Shown one piece after another: positions 51,000 through 64,000 of a DNA stretch of 64,000 nt. Location: positions 6,572,001-6,636,000 of the forward strand of contig OZ296655.1 of the NCBI GenBank assembly GCA_965655095.1, read 5' to 3'. The stretch's first letter is position 1; each line of letters begins with the position of its first letter. Below the pieces are notes generated by a model. That model saw only the letters and a program-made list of their open reading frames with translations. It was not told the DNA's origin and ran no database searches. The position numbers were made by a program, and so were the translations under genes. This DNA is from Haplodiscus bocki (Eukaryota).

Positions 51000-53900
51000 A
51001 TCCTCGACTAAGGATCGCATCTGGGCAATAACTGGGGCACTAACAACTGTAAATTGTCGCTGCGCTTTTACAGGGCTCCGTGACTCCTTTATTTTCCTTT
51101 CTCTGAAGACAGACGACTTCTGCTTGGTCCAGGAAGATTGCGAGTCGGAGCACTAACGGCCACATCTTTGATCTGCCCTTCTTCGACAACTGTGGAGATG
51201 CAAACACCGTATTGTCATGTATACTCATTGGATGATGGTCCCACAGCACCCAAAGCATATCAATGCTCACTCGTAACCTTCACAACACGACGACGGCCCA
51301 GGGTTTTTTTCAAAACACTTACACGAATCAGCCGCAATTTGCGCTGAGGACTCCGTCTCCATTTGACTCCACGGAGCGTATACGGAACTGATCGCAATGC
51401 TGTCGGAGTTGGCTGCAAGTACTTCGGACAGCATAGCAACCCCCGAGTCCGAGAGGAAGTTGCGTTGCGTGAAGTGCGGACTCCTAACAAAATCCTCTAC
51501 ACAAAGCAGGACACAACGCACTTCCTCCTCGTCAAGGGCCACCCAATCCAAAGAATTTCCGAACTTCTCCCCAGATATCATCGGCCAATGAATCACGGGT
51601 TCTATCAATTGGAAGACCAGGAACAAGGGACCAATGAGTTAACCGTAACAATTACTCCATACCCTACATGGTTGCAGACAATACATATTTTATAAACTTG
51701 GCACCGATAGCGGAAACCAGCCACTGAAGAGCTGAAAGACAGGACGGTCTCTACCACAGGGTCGCCCCTTGTTGAAAACCGTTCCCGCAGCCTCTGCGTT
51801 TGCACAAACGCCCGGTTTGCGGCTATGCAGTCTTCCATCTCGGAAAATTTCACCCAGCTTTTCTCAAAGAGTCCATATAGTAACATGCCAAATAACCGCC
51901 GAGGGGCATGCTGATCACCGCGAATCAAAATCGGAGGAAGACAGCAGCTCAACCCTTGGCCTATTGCCGACCTGGTGGCAACATTGGACGAAGCACAGTT
52001 AACAAAATCTTCCAGGTGGTTCCTGGAATATCGCCAAAACCCGCTATTCAAAAAGTAGCTCCCGATTTCCTCAAAATCTACTAACTCTCGTGTCCCAAAC
52101 AGAAATCGTTGACTCTCGATTGCAACCAATTTCCAACGATTGGGAATCTTATATTTCTGCCACTGCTCTAAAAAGTGTAGAGTGCTACCCTTCTTCATCT
52201 TCTGCAGAAGACAGTACACAAAATGGGCAACCCCACTAAAGGTATAATACTCAAAATCGGCGGCACACTGAGGATGAACAAAATTGTTGGTGACTGCAAC
52301 AGAAGGATGTGTCACAGAAATTGAACGAACGAGGTTATCACATACAAAAAGATAAGGATTCCTATGACACTTCTAACGATAACGTAAAACAATTGAGGAA
52401 CGGTACTAGTTTGTTCTTAGAGGTTTTCATAGAACTGATCCGGAACAAGTTCGTAACAGGAAAATTTTTAAAACCAAGATACACAAGCGGATACTTACAG
52501 ATCTCTAGCAGCATGTGAAATCAAGGGAACTTCACGGGGGCGAGTTGATTCAAGTAAAAAAACCTTTCATGCTCATTTTCTCAACATTAAAATTGCAATA
52601 TATGCGAGTCCAAAAAATCAATCAATAAAATACAGAGGAAGACCGTACCACGAAACTGTGGCCATCATTGCGTCTCCCCGTCTCTTTGACACAGTATATT
52701 ATCAAGGGCCACACGCTGACAATATTGGCCTCTACTTCTACAAGCTGGGGAATGGCGAAGTTACTAATAACGAAGGCCTTCTTCAATGCAGGACGGAAAA
52801 CCATCCAATCGTAACTTTCTGCCCTTTGAGTCTTTTCACAATGGAATCTGTCACGGAGTATGGTTCCCTATTTCCAAAGATGCTAGCCGCGGTTCGTTGC
52901 AAATAGCGCTTGAGCAGCGGCAAAACAAAGAAAGTGTGTTCCACGAATTTGTGCTGATACTGAGTGTCCAGATAGGAAATATACGCGCCGATGAGCGCTT
53001 GTGAACCACCATGCAACAACAAAACATGAACATCAAGTCCAATAACATCTACTCCTTCGATCAAGAATCTGATTTCTTGACTGGCATTGCTGCAATATTG
53101 ACTCAGACGCCGACACAGACCCGATGAAATGAGTTCCTCCCCGAGGTTCGAAAAAAACCCACACTTGCTTTCCACGCTCCCCAAAATTGATTCTGCAGAG
53201 TTTCTGAGCTCCCATCCACCAACAAACGCGCGAGAGGATGGGGTGTTCATCCGGCTCAAAATGGTTGAATGAAACATAACTCCAACAAGTCTACGATCAA
53301 CGACACGAAAAAAAAATGCGGAACAAGCAAGACAAGGACACCAACCCCATCACGTGATGACGTCATGTCTACGTTCGTTTGCACGGAGATGCGAGTTAAC
53401 TGCGATCACAGCTGGGGCACGAATTCTAAATTGCCGCTCGATCTCAAATTTTCGATCAAGGAGGACACCTCCACTAACACTGGCAGCATTGCGTTTCGGG
53501 TTACGGATTTATTTGCCAGATTTTCAACACCAAACGAGAACTCCTTGTCCTTGGTCATCAATGCAGCTCCCACACTACGCTCCCGCTGTCGTGCCACTCC
53601 GTCTGCAGCCATCACGTTGTCCTCAGAGTCGAGAACGCTCAAGCCTGGTGTCTCTGGACGGAAACATTGTTCGCATGGGAAATGCTTTGATCTTGGGACA
53701 GGGCGACGAATCTGGCGATGGGCCGCTGTCAAAACGGACAAATCTTCTCTGAAAATTCGGCAAAAAAATGGCTTGGTTTTCTCGCTGCCTCTATTGCTAC
53801 AGGGAAGCAACCCAATTCCTCCGCCCCATTCTTTTATCATTTCGTTTGTCCACTTAAAACGCACTCTTCCGTGCGGCTCGCTGTTTTCAGTTTCGTCACC

Positions 53901-55150
53901 GCTTGTGACAGTGGTTCAGGTAGCCGAGACAGAGCACTCAATGAACTTTTTTTCATGCGCTGTACACGCCCCAGCACGTCGTCTAACTCTGTACAAGTAA
54001 AAATAGGATGAAGACAAGAAGGAGGGTATACGCGGACGGTACAGAACCATTATTTGCTACCCCTTAGGAATTCCAGGATTTTGAAACCTTTCCTCAGCAC
54101 AACTGGACTGATATAGAGTGACAAGATGATGACCCGTCGCCTTAATCGGGGTTGCAGCAGGATCGGCACTGTAATGGTCAGAAGCAAAAATCACAGAAAT
54201 GTTGATCCACCATGGAACTTCACAACATTTCTCTTCATTTGAAACAGTTCATACCATTCAGAAAACTGCTCCAACCTGCACCGACCATGCTCGTGGCTGC
54301 AGTTTGCCAGGGGGACTGGCGCACAACCGCCGAAGGGCACTAGGCGTTAAGTAAATACCGCATGTGTGCGTCTGGTCTGGCTCCTGATTTCCGCAGCAGT
54401 GCAAATGTCACCAGCTCCACAGCAAAATTTGACGGCCTCGGCGATATCGCTTAAAAAACCACAAGAATTCCATCGTTCCGACTTCTGCCAAACGCAATTC
54501 ATAAAACGATAAACTTGATGCGAATTCAATGGGAGGACTTTGTGCAGCACTTCGCACCTCATTGGAGGAGGTCACGTGCAACTCCAAACTCAGTCGCAAA
54601 GCCATCTGCAGGAGAAGCGGCAGGCTCTGCCAAAGAATCGAACATTAAAAGAAAAAACAAACAAAAAACACTGGCCCCATGATGCCATCTTCATGTAGAA
54701 GCGCGCTCTGCAAACTAGCATAAAGCAAAAACATGGATGTCCCGTATAATCTTCCTACAAACAAAAGCTAACGAGAAAGAATACTGAAGACTAACATATT
54801 GGCAGTCCGGATGTTTTGAGGACAGCCTCCAGGACAACTTCTGACTACAAATATGCCCTTACCAAGACGTCTAATTACGGGAAAGACTAATCCCTCTCCA
54901 TGTGCACCGCCCACAATCTCCACGTACAACTCCTCACTCTCTCATCGTCCGCATCGCTTGCACATGCTATCTCAGTCTGAACTTCAATCTTGCCGCTCAT
55001 CCACTCAGAGGCTCTCCTGACACACTCCTCTTCTTCTTCTCTCTCCGCAACATCGAAATTGAGTTGACAAGTGGAATCAAGAGAAAAACTTCTCACTACA
55101 ACTTCGCCAACAACAAGGAACTCCGATATTCAGTACAGTTTCTGCGAAGG
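51000..55150 (-). pseudogene. Decayed antisense coding region with a BED-type zinc-finger remnant
   Basis: Series of minus-strand ORF fragments. MRFKWT...FFCRIFREDLSV.....QIRR...SKH resembles the W...CxxC...H...H BED finger. Confidence 0.45.
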
Positions 55151-56108
55151 GGAAAATGACCCTTGCTTTATCTCATGGTTTGTCTATTGATCGTTAATCG
55201 ATGCAGAACAGGGCAATTACATCGTGGATTTTTGTTTTCATTCACTAAAATTTGATAACTATTTAATTCAAATTTGAATAATTGGTCTACCAACGAGGAC
55301 ATCAGCATTGATATCTAAGTGTTCCTCCTGTTTAGGTCCTCCATTGCTCAATTTGCTTACAAATTATCAATTTTACTTCATTCCGTTAATTATTTGACTT
55401 CATCAATCCTATCCTTTACCCCTGGAACATCAAAAGTTGTCCCATCTGATGGATGTATTCTGAAAATACCCGTATTTGTTCCGTCACTTGCTTAAGTCAC
55501 TGTGTCAAAATCAATTTTTTTCTACAATTTCCATTTTCCTAAAAAATGATAAAACTTAGTTTATCGATTCTACATATTCAGACGTGTTTTGTTTGGAACA
55601 ATCTTTGGGTGAGCAGCGGCGAAGAAAAACACCCGTGAGATTCTAAAATCCAGGAAATTGTCTGGAGCACCCACGAGAGAAATCAACACAATCTCTTCCG
55701 GGGCTACCAATAGTAAAGAGTTAGTAACGATCAACTCCGACTCAAAAAACCCGACAAACCTCTATGCCTATGGGAGACAAGGTCCGATAGTGTCCGTAGC
55801 TTAAATGATCTTATTCTGCCGCCAGATCTCTTTATTATTCTGGCAACAATGACCGTGGTACCATCAAAAGCGGAGAAACACAATGAGAAGGAAAACCAAC
55901 AGTCGCCGGTGTCGTCAAAGAGTAATCAATTTGAACACCATCGTTGGCAATCAGTAGTGTCGACATTTGGGACATATCTTCCGACTTGATCACTTTCTTT
56001 TCAATTGAGCGCCGAAGAACCTCGCCAATATCACGTCCCCACCACTACCACCCAGAAAAAAGAAACGAAAGGTGAATCTAGGGATGTCTTTCCCAAAAAA
56101 AGTGGGAG

Positions 56109-56312
56109 CGTCGCAGCATATCAGTGCAGCCTGCGGCCAATGTTACCAGAACGAAACAACGACCCCGGAACAACGAGGGACTAACTGAAAACAAAAAACA
56201 CTGAGTTTTTAGTTTATGCTATATATTAAATGCAATTCATGTAACTCTTATCTTACTTATTGCATAAGTATCACTCCTGGGTGATGATCCGGATTGCGAC
56301 GGAGTCGTTACA
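56109..56312 (+). repeat. Candidate 3' LTR preceded by a polypurine tract
   Basis: aaaaaaagtgggag (56095-56108) then (c/t)GTCGCAGC...GGAGTCGTTACA. No matching 5' LTR found in the window. Confidence 0.4.
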
Positions 56313-57570
56313 GAACAAACGGAGATTCGCGTTTTTTATTTAGTTCATTTATATCCTTAAAAGTGTCATATTTCTATTCACTTATGTTTTCCGCAAATTA
56401 AATCAACATTTTCAAGAACCAAACGCACTACTTAGATTGAAATTTACGCTGTCATTTAATTTACTCGGAATGCAACTGCAGTTCTAAGCAAAGTGAAAAC
56501 AAAAATCAATATTTCTTCCGTACATGTTCCGTCGCTGCCAACCTGGTGATGTCACGTAAAAATCCCTTCCAAGTTGCTGTGCTACTATGCTATGAAAACT
56601 TGGCCACGTACGGATATAATCCTTAACCACTGACTTCATTCTTTTCAGCAGCTCTGCTGCAAGCAGTGCCACAAGCGAATACGAAATTTTTCCGGATCGC
56701 TTTTGTTGAAACGAGGAACAAAATATTAGAAACGAGTAACCGACCAAGAACAAAACTAGATCCGATCCAAAATGTATCGAAGGGAAGCGCAGTAAGATCA
56801 TATGACCCTCTCAGCTAGAAATCATGATATTTGCTATATTTATCTTATATATTCTGATCACTTTTTAAAAAAAAACTCAAAGTATGGAAAATCTATTGAT
56901 TTTTTAGTAATACCAATATTTACTGTATCTCCGCTGGATTAAGCACTGACAAAATAGGCCCGTCAATTTCCCACCGAAAGATGGAATACGTGTAGCCTAT
57001 CGGGGAAGAAACTGATGGAAAGGTGTTTAAATCCCACCAGAGTCGGCATTTTATCATTGCAGATAATGAGATTCAAGTGTTTATTATTGTTGGTATCTTG
57101 ACTTGGCGTGTAAACAAACATGTTCCTCGTCAAGAAAAGGTTGTAAATAGGAGAAACGAAAGTCTGTTTTTATAAAAAAGGATTTAAGAATAAATTTCCA
57201 CCTTGACTATCAGTTGACTGAACAGTATACAACTACCTAAAAATATAAATTACCCTTTCTATTTTTCCCCAGTTGATACGAAAATACAATTATTTCATTC
57301 TTCACTACGGTTGAGCACTTTTCCGTCAAAAGATGGCAACGTTGGGAAACAAGCAAAAGTTGGCAGCCGTTTCAAGGGAAACCCAAAAGAAACATTCTTA
57401 AAAATACTCTGTGAATACTGGTTTGTTCCGTAACGGTTCCGTCTTAGTCTGAATCACTTTAGTAAAGTGTTCCGTATAAAAAACGTACCACTATACAGAT
57501 GTACGTTTGTTATGGAGACGTATTAGGTACGTATCCGTAATTTTGTACAGTAATTATAAAAACACATGAT

Positions 57571-60500
57571 AGTAGCAGTAGTTTAGAGTTTGACCAAAAG
57601 TACTTTTATTTGAGTTCATTCCGAGCATTAGGGTGTCTTTCAAAAGGTAGGGCTGGCCGCAGGCTTCGCAGGTTTGCTGCGACAGAATAATCCCCAGTTG
57701 ATTCCTCGATTTCAACGTCTGTGTCCCAGGATGTTCTCGGAGCTATTCGACAACCTTTCCAGTAGTAATAGAGTGTCCGGATTCATGAAATCTTGAAAAA
57801 ATTTCTTGAAAAGACCCTCACTCAACAACATCATTCTCAAAGTTTCCCCACTCGAACGATGTTGTTGAGTATTTTCTCGACCAAGTTTTTCAATGTAATT
57901 TTTCAGGAGCTTGTATACCCGGAAAGTCCTGTTTTAGTTTATAGGGTAACGCCCGAGTCAACCGACGTCAATGTCGATATGGGTAAAAGAACAGATGAAC
58001 ATATTTATAGAGGTAAATCTTTGCTTTTACCACATTCCTATTTTGAACAGAAAAAAAATGAAATATTCTTTTTTATACGTTTCAAATTTTCAACTACTTT
58101 TCTTCGACGTTCTTTTAAAAAGAATGAACTTTAAACTTTCATAAATTTTGCAAAATTGATTAGGTTGGTTAATGATTCTCTAAGGTTATGGATTTGTTAC
58201 AAAAACACTCGTTGTAGTATGACGCAAATGTCCTTGTGAGTTTTTTCTATTTCGTTTTTATTCGATTCAAATTATTCTTTGAAATTTTCTTTGGATGGAA
58301 TGTGGACGCCACATTCAACGGTTTTTCTCCAACTAGCTTCAAAAGTTCCCGTCATTGGTTTTCCATCATTGATATCAACAGATATTCCTGTTCCCATCGT
58401 TTTATAAACGTCATGTTTGAATGTTTTTTTTCTTCTAAAACTCCGCGTTGAACAATAATGTACTTCAAGTGCTAGCACTAGCCCAAAAACCTTTGCGTCA
58501 TCGCCATCATACTTTTTACCTTGTCCAAACACTCCTCCAGCCTTTCTTTTTTGATCTAGCATTACCCAATGAATTTCATGTATATATGACGGATGATTGT
58601 CTTGTTGATAAACAAAATTACTAAAAATTCTTTATTTTCCATCATAAAAGTCCCTCATTATTCTTTTATTAATGCTTAGTACAAATGCCCTTAGTTGTGA
58701 TGGCATGTTACTACGTTTATCATGTTTATTGGAATCAATACTCTCATCTGGTTTTTTTACTGCAAAAAATCCTTTCGGTGAGTCCCAAAATTCATTCACT
58801 TTTTCATCAAATTCATCTAACATGCGTTCATATAAAATAAAAATTTCTAGAAGTTTCATATGTTTTCTCAAACATTGTGCGTATATACTATTCAAAAAAT
58901 CTTTATCTAAAAAGTCCATAGCACTCTTCTTTTTTTGAATTTATCCGTACTTTAAACAATTCCAAAAAAAATCTACAAAAAGAACTTTTCAACAGCTATC
59001 ACATTGAAAACCTTCTCGAATTTCAATAAGTATTCCACCAATCCTAACGACTTTTTGTAAATTAACGGTTGTTTTATCACCCGTTACATATCCATTTCTT
59101 ACTTTTCACTTTTTTCATTTTTTACTTTTTACTTTTTACTTTTTTTTACTTCAACTGTTTTTTCTGTGGATAAAATTGTAACGATTTCTTCTGTTGGTTT
59201 ATATAGTTCTTCGGGATTGTAATAATTAAATCGGGAATAACGAAATTTTTTCAAGTTTCCAAATGATTGATCATTTAGTTTTTTTAATAATTCATCTTTA
59301 ATTCCTTCTGTGTATTATTTCGCTGTTTCTATCTTCGACCAAAATTGATTTGTGGTCGCACATTGCTGCTGGATTTAAAATTGTTGCATCAAAAACAGTC
59401 AGTAAATCGTCCAAAGGGACTTTTTTTCTAATTTTTGACTTAGTTCTAATTTACCTAATTTTTCATTAATGTATTCCTCTAAATTTTTTTTCATATTCCG
59501 CACCACATGATCTTTTTTATTCGTTTTTCCTTTCTAGACTCCTGAGTATAGTTCTGTAGATTTTTGTCGTTTCATACACACTGGCGTTCTTTTTTATTCC
59601 TAACTGAACTTTCAAACTTTCAATTTTAGCGTTTGTTGTTTTTGAATGAAATTTTTGATTATATGCTCCGATTGTTTCTCCTATTTCACTTTATCTAATA
59701 AATTCTCGCATTTACTTATCTTTAAAAAATTTTATGGTTCTCATTCTGGTTTAAGTTCAATGTAGTTTTCAGCATTGAATTTACTATGATCGACTTCTTT
59801 TTTTTAACAAGGCAGGGTGAAATTTAAAAGCTGTTCATCATTTTTAAAGACTGTCTTTTAGATGATTCATCGTACAAACAATGTTTATGTGTTGGAGACC
59901 ACCTTTAACAGTTCCAATTTCAAGTATGAGATTTACGTTTCCTCTACCTATTTTTATCAAGCTAATTCTTTTGATATATTTGGGATCAAAGTTAACGATA
60001 GTCCAAGTGTCGAATCGAGATGCAATTTGAGCAATCATTTTCAAACAAAAAGAGGTTTAAATCGTTTTCCGTTTTTCCTGTAAGGTTGTACCTTACATCT
60101 CAAACTTTCTTCATTATAATCAAACATCTGTTCAACACAATAGCTGGCTTCATTAGGTGTAGAAGCTTGAATTCCATTTTCCAGTTTAATGTTTTTTTGC
60201 GATCTTTCTTTACCCCATGTTGTGCTTCTTTGATTAACATAGAAAAAGATTCCTGTATTGTTTGTTCCTAAATCATAAACAAAATTTTTGTCTAACTGAC
60301 CATTTATTTTTGTTAGGTCTTGTTCGTATAATTAAACTTTTTCTCTGTTTTCAGAATTAACAGTATCAACATCAAGTACATAAAATTTTTCTATTTCTTT
60401 AACTTTTTTTCATAAGCCTCCTCCATGATTGCACCATATAACACAGAAATGTCAAATGTAGTTCTGAATAGCTTTATTATTATTTTTCTGAGTTTTTCCG

Positions 60501-63500
60501 GGGAGTAAATTTTTTCCTTCAAAACGTCCGCATTTCTTCGGAAGTTTCATATATTTAGGAAAAGATTGAATTTTAGCATTTGTCATAATAACCGGTCGTC
60601 TTTCATCACCCCAAATAAGATGTTAAAACTCTTTCCCAAGTTTATTAGGTATTTCAACACACATAACGTTTTTAGGTGTTTTTGATGCTAGGAAAAACAT
60701 GGATTTATTAAAACTATTTCCTTCTGTTTGTTTTGGATTTACAATCACTTCTCTTTCCATTTTCGTCTCTGTTCGCTGATTCAAAAATTCTTACAACCTG
60801 TTCATCAAAATCTCCCTTCAATTCAACTCCTTCCGCAACAAAATTCAGTTCCGTTTTCTCGATAGGGTTTCCATAAAGTTCTCGATTAGCAAAATATTAC
60901 CTTAGGTTGAATTTTTCTCCGTTCTCTCCAGTTTTTTTATATTCAGATATTGTAAACCATTTTTTATATTCTCCAAATTTTTCCTGAATTACAAAAAAAC
61001 ATTTAATTTCTTGTTTGATGGTTTTTTTGCTGTTAAAAGGTTTCTTATTTTTTTGATTTTATGTTCCTTCGATTTTTTCACTTCCTCTCTTTGAATATTC
61101 ATAGTTTTTTCCTTAGTATCGGTTTTATGCTTTTTTATAGGTGTTTTCTGGGTGGAATTGATGATTTTGCGATTTTGTTTGAGTTTTGTTCCTCTCCTCG
61201 CTTCCAATATTAGGGAGAAAAAATTATTGAACTAAAAAAAAATTGAAATCTCAATTTTTTTCAAACTTTGAATATTGTTTGTCCTACCGTAAAAAATAGA
61301 TTATAATAGGCAAAAGATTTGTGTCTCAATTCGGACTTTGCTATGGTTCCCATTTCTTGTACTAATCTTATTGATTCAAACAATATCATTGTTTCAAAAC
61401 TTTGATCTGTAAATCCTCTTTTACTTTCTTGCCTGCCCCAATTGATAGATTCCCATCATCTCTCAATACCAAATTTTCTCTATTGATCTTTTTTCTTTTC
61501 CCGTTTGACATTCTAATTTCTCCAATTTCGGCACCAACTACTTTTGCACAGTATGCGACAAATAGATCTCTTTCATTTTTTAATTCGTAAAGTTCAACCT
61601 ATCACTTAGATTTTTTTAAGTTTCGTTTCTTTGTCTAAAAAGTTCGTTTTTTTGTTTACCTACACGATAGTAACTTTCGGGATAAATAGAACCCGAATTG
61701 AACTTGTGTGAATCAGACTGTTTATACGACGGATATCTCTTCATATTATTCTCACTTTTCCCCATTTTCAGTTTCCAAAACCACATTCCGGACCTTGTAA
61801 AACTCTTGCATTTCCTTTAAACTCTGTTTTTCTGTCTCGTTCGAACTATTACGACTGGAAATCATTTCTTCGTTTTCTTCAAATTCCCATGTTTTTTTCC
61901 TTTTAATTGAGTTTTTGACTTGGATGTTTTGGGTGATTTAGTTAGATTTATTTTTAGTTTGAAACCATATTCTTCAATTTCATCTTTAATAAATATTTGA
62001 TTTCTAGTGAGGGTTCTCCACAATATCGTGTTCCGAACCTTCTTGGTTTTTTATGAGCTTTTAACATTTTATCATCATGGATTCGATCTCGTTCATCTAT
62101 TCCTTCAACATACAACTTACCTTGTGAGAAGATCGTTTTTTTATCTGGAATTCCTATAAACCTTTGGTTTCGGTTTTTTTTGCCAGGAAATAAATTGCCA
62201 GTTTGTAAGCTTGTACAATCATTTTATTCGTTTGTAGTTTTTGATCAAGGTTCATAACTTCCGACCTGGCTTTAAGATTCTTTGGTCCTCCATCACTCAA
62301 TCGTAAATTTTTGTTTAGTTTTTCACCCTTTTCGTTGATAAATTCCTGAATTTTGAATGGTTTATCATCAGCTTCTGTGGAGAAGTTACTTTTTCCGTTT
62401 TCATCCACTTTTTATTTCATTTTACTCGCCATATTTGCTTCTCTACATTTATATATCAGAAAAACATAATCGTAATGAAGTTTTGAAATTTTTTTTTTCA
62501 AAAACTGTCACAGCTGATTTTTGTTATTAAATGTTAATCATACCCCCCTCTATTTCCATCCAATTGTATATAACTTTAAGACTAGTTTGTTGTATCACTT
62601 TTACTAAATTCACTTCCTAAAACGGATGTTCTGACGAAATCAATTACTTTATTTTTTGGTTTCACTTTAGCACTAGTGTCTTTTGAATTCTCAAGAATTC
62701 CGTTCTCACTCTTTTTCAGAGATCCCCCATTTAGCGTCATTCTAATAGAAGGATGTTTTCTTTGGTTAAAGTCTTTTTGAAAAATTCCGATAAAAAGTCA
62801 TTTCGATTAGCATTGCTTTTCTCAAACACGACTTTATCATCTTTTATAGCTCTTTTAAGTCTTCTTGCATGAACAGATTCTATTGATGTAAACCTCGAAT
62901 ATCTTTTAATATCCTGTTGTTTTGAAAACTCCACAAAAAATTGATTGGCAGTTTCTATTCCATCATCTGTTTCCATCAGTTTGGGGAGTCTACGACTCTC
63001 ACTCAAAAATTTACCGGAAGAGTTTTTTTTACTTCGATTGCGTTTTTTGTTTTAGGAAGTTTTACCCATCCATCTTTTGGAAAGTTATCAGAAACTACAA
63101 AAAGTAACGAAATTTTTTATTCTTTTCCGGACCATATTCAACGAAATCCAATAAATCCAGACTCCAAGTGTCATCAAAAGTTTTCACGATAGTTCTATCT
63201 GTTGGAAAATACTTTTTAGAGTTTTTTATTATAAAATTCTTCTATAGAGGTTCTGACTACTTTTTTGTCTGACATTTGGTGAGAGTAAAAAAAGTTCCAG
63301 AGGAACTTCCCGAGCTTTTTGAAACTCTGAGGTTCCGACCTCGAAACGTAAGAAATATTGAGCTTTAAATTCGAGAGAAAAATATAGTTTCATATCAACA
63401 CTCTCCTTCTTTACACATTGGTTTCCAAAACTCAACAAAAGTCTGAAGTTTTTGCAATCCAAGCACCTATAATAATTGTCTTTATTAAAGTTATTGAAAA

Positions 63501-64000
63501 AACAAATTAGAGTATGGTAAATTCTCCAAGACTTACCACACTTTTCCATAGTCAACCCTTTAGATTCCTCTAGAGAGAGTTACTATTTTATCCATTTGAT
63601 ATAAAAATCATAACTACAAACAAGGAAAAATTTTGTTGTTGTATTTTTTAAAGGGTGGTGTCGTTATACTACTCGTCTAATTCCAGTAGAGATATAAAAC
63701 AAAACTTAAAATTAGGATCACTAACACGACTAATTTGTATATGTTTTCTTCGATAAGTTTTTCCCTTTTCAGAAATTTTTATACAAGAATCAACCTGATA
63801 CTCTTTTTGGCATTCAAAACAGCCTTTTGAGTGTTTACAAAAATTTTCTTTGAAATAAAATGTATCGAAAGTTTTCATATTATTGCTCTCAGTACATTTT
63901 GTTATAGCGCTATCCATTTGTATTTTGGAAAAGATACTGAAAGAAATATAAATAAGTTCCTATCGGACGCCTTTTTCAGTATGAATATCTGTGAGACTAC
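57571..64000 (-). mobile_element. Heavily decayed Polinton of a different family (pPolB and integrase remnants)
   Basis: pPolB-like LRAFVLSINKRIM, GQGK, FGLVLALEVHYC, KKTFK (58270-58920). Integrase-like PKLMETDDG...IKRYSRFTS...RRLKRAIKD (62737-63006). AGTAGCAGTAGT at 57571 is a plausible terminus. Confidence 0.7.

Noticed and set aside
53269-54000. 243-aa plus-strand ORF as a real gene
   Set aside because: No motifs; it is the shadow of the minus-strand BED-like coding region.

Overview
AT-rich eukaryotic DNA (probably an invertebrate animal), mostly decayed and nested mobile elements. In order: (1) the polymerase-proximal end of a Polinton/Maverick (1-735); (2) the terminal exon of a TRF-like telobox-Myb gene (2051-2689, -); (3) an intact 1418-aa ORF built from four copies of a ~250-aa domain I cannot assign to a family (6410-10666, -); (4) a complete but decayed ~14.3 kb Polinton (12211-26495) with TIRs and a 6-bp TSD, inserted into a LINE endonuclease region. 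It has an N-terminal PHD finger on its integrase and frame-restoring GT-AG introns in pPolB and in a 3-exon accessory gene; (5) decayed LINEs; (6) an almost perfect 8.5 kb tandem duplication (29675-46724) of a LINE plus the 5' half of a Ty3/Gypsy element; (7) the rest of that Gypsy element, followed by a long antisense region with a BED-finger-like ORF; (8) a heavily decayed Polinton of a different family (~57571-64000). The best candidates for novelty are the four-domain protein and the intron-containing, PHD-integrase Polinton. All calls come from reading the sequence by eye; no database search was run.
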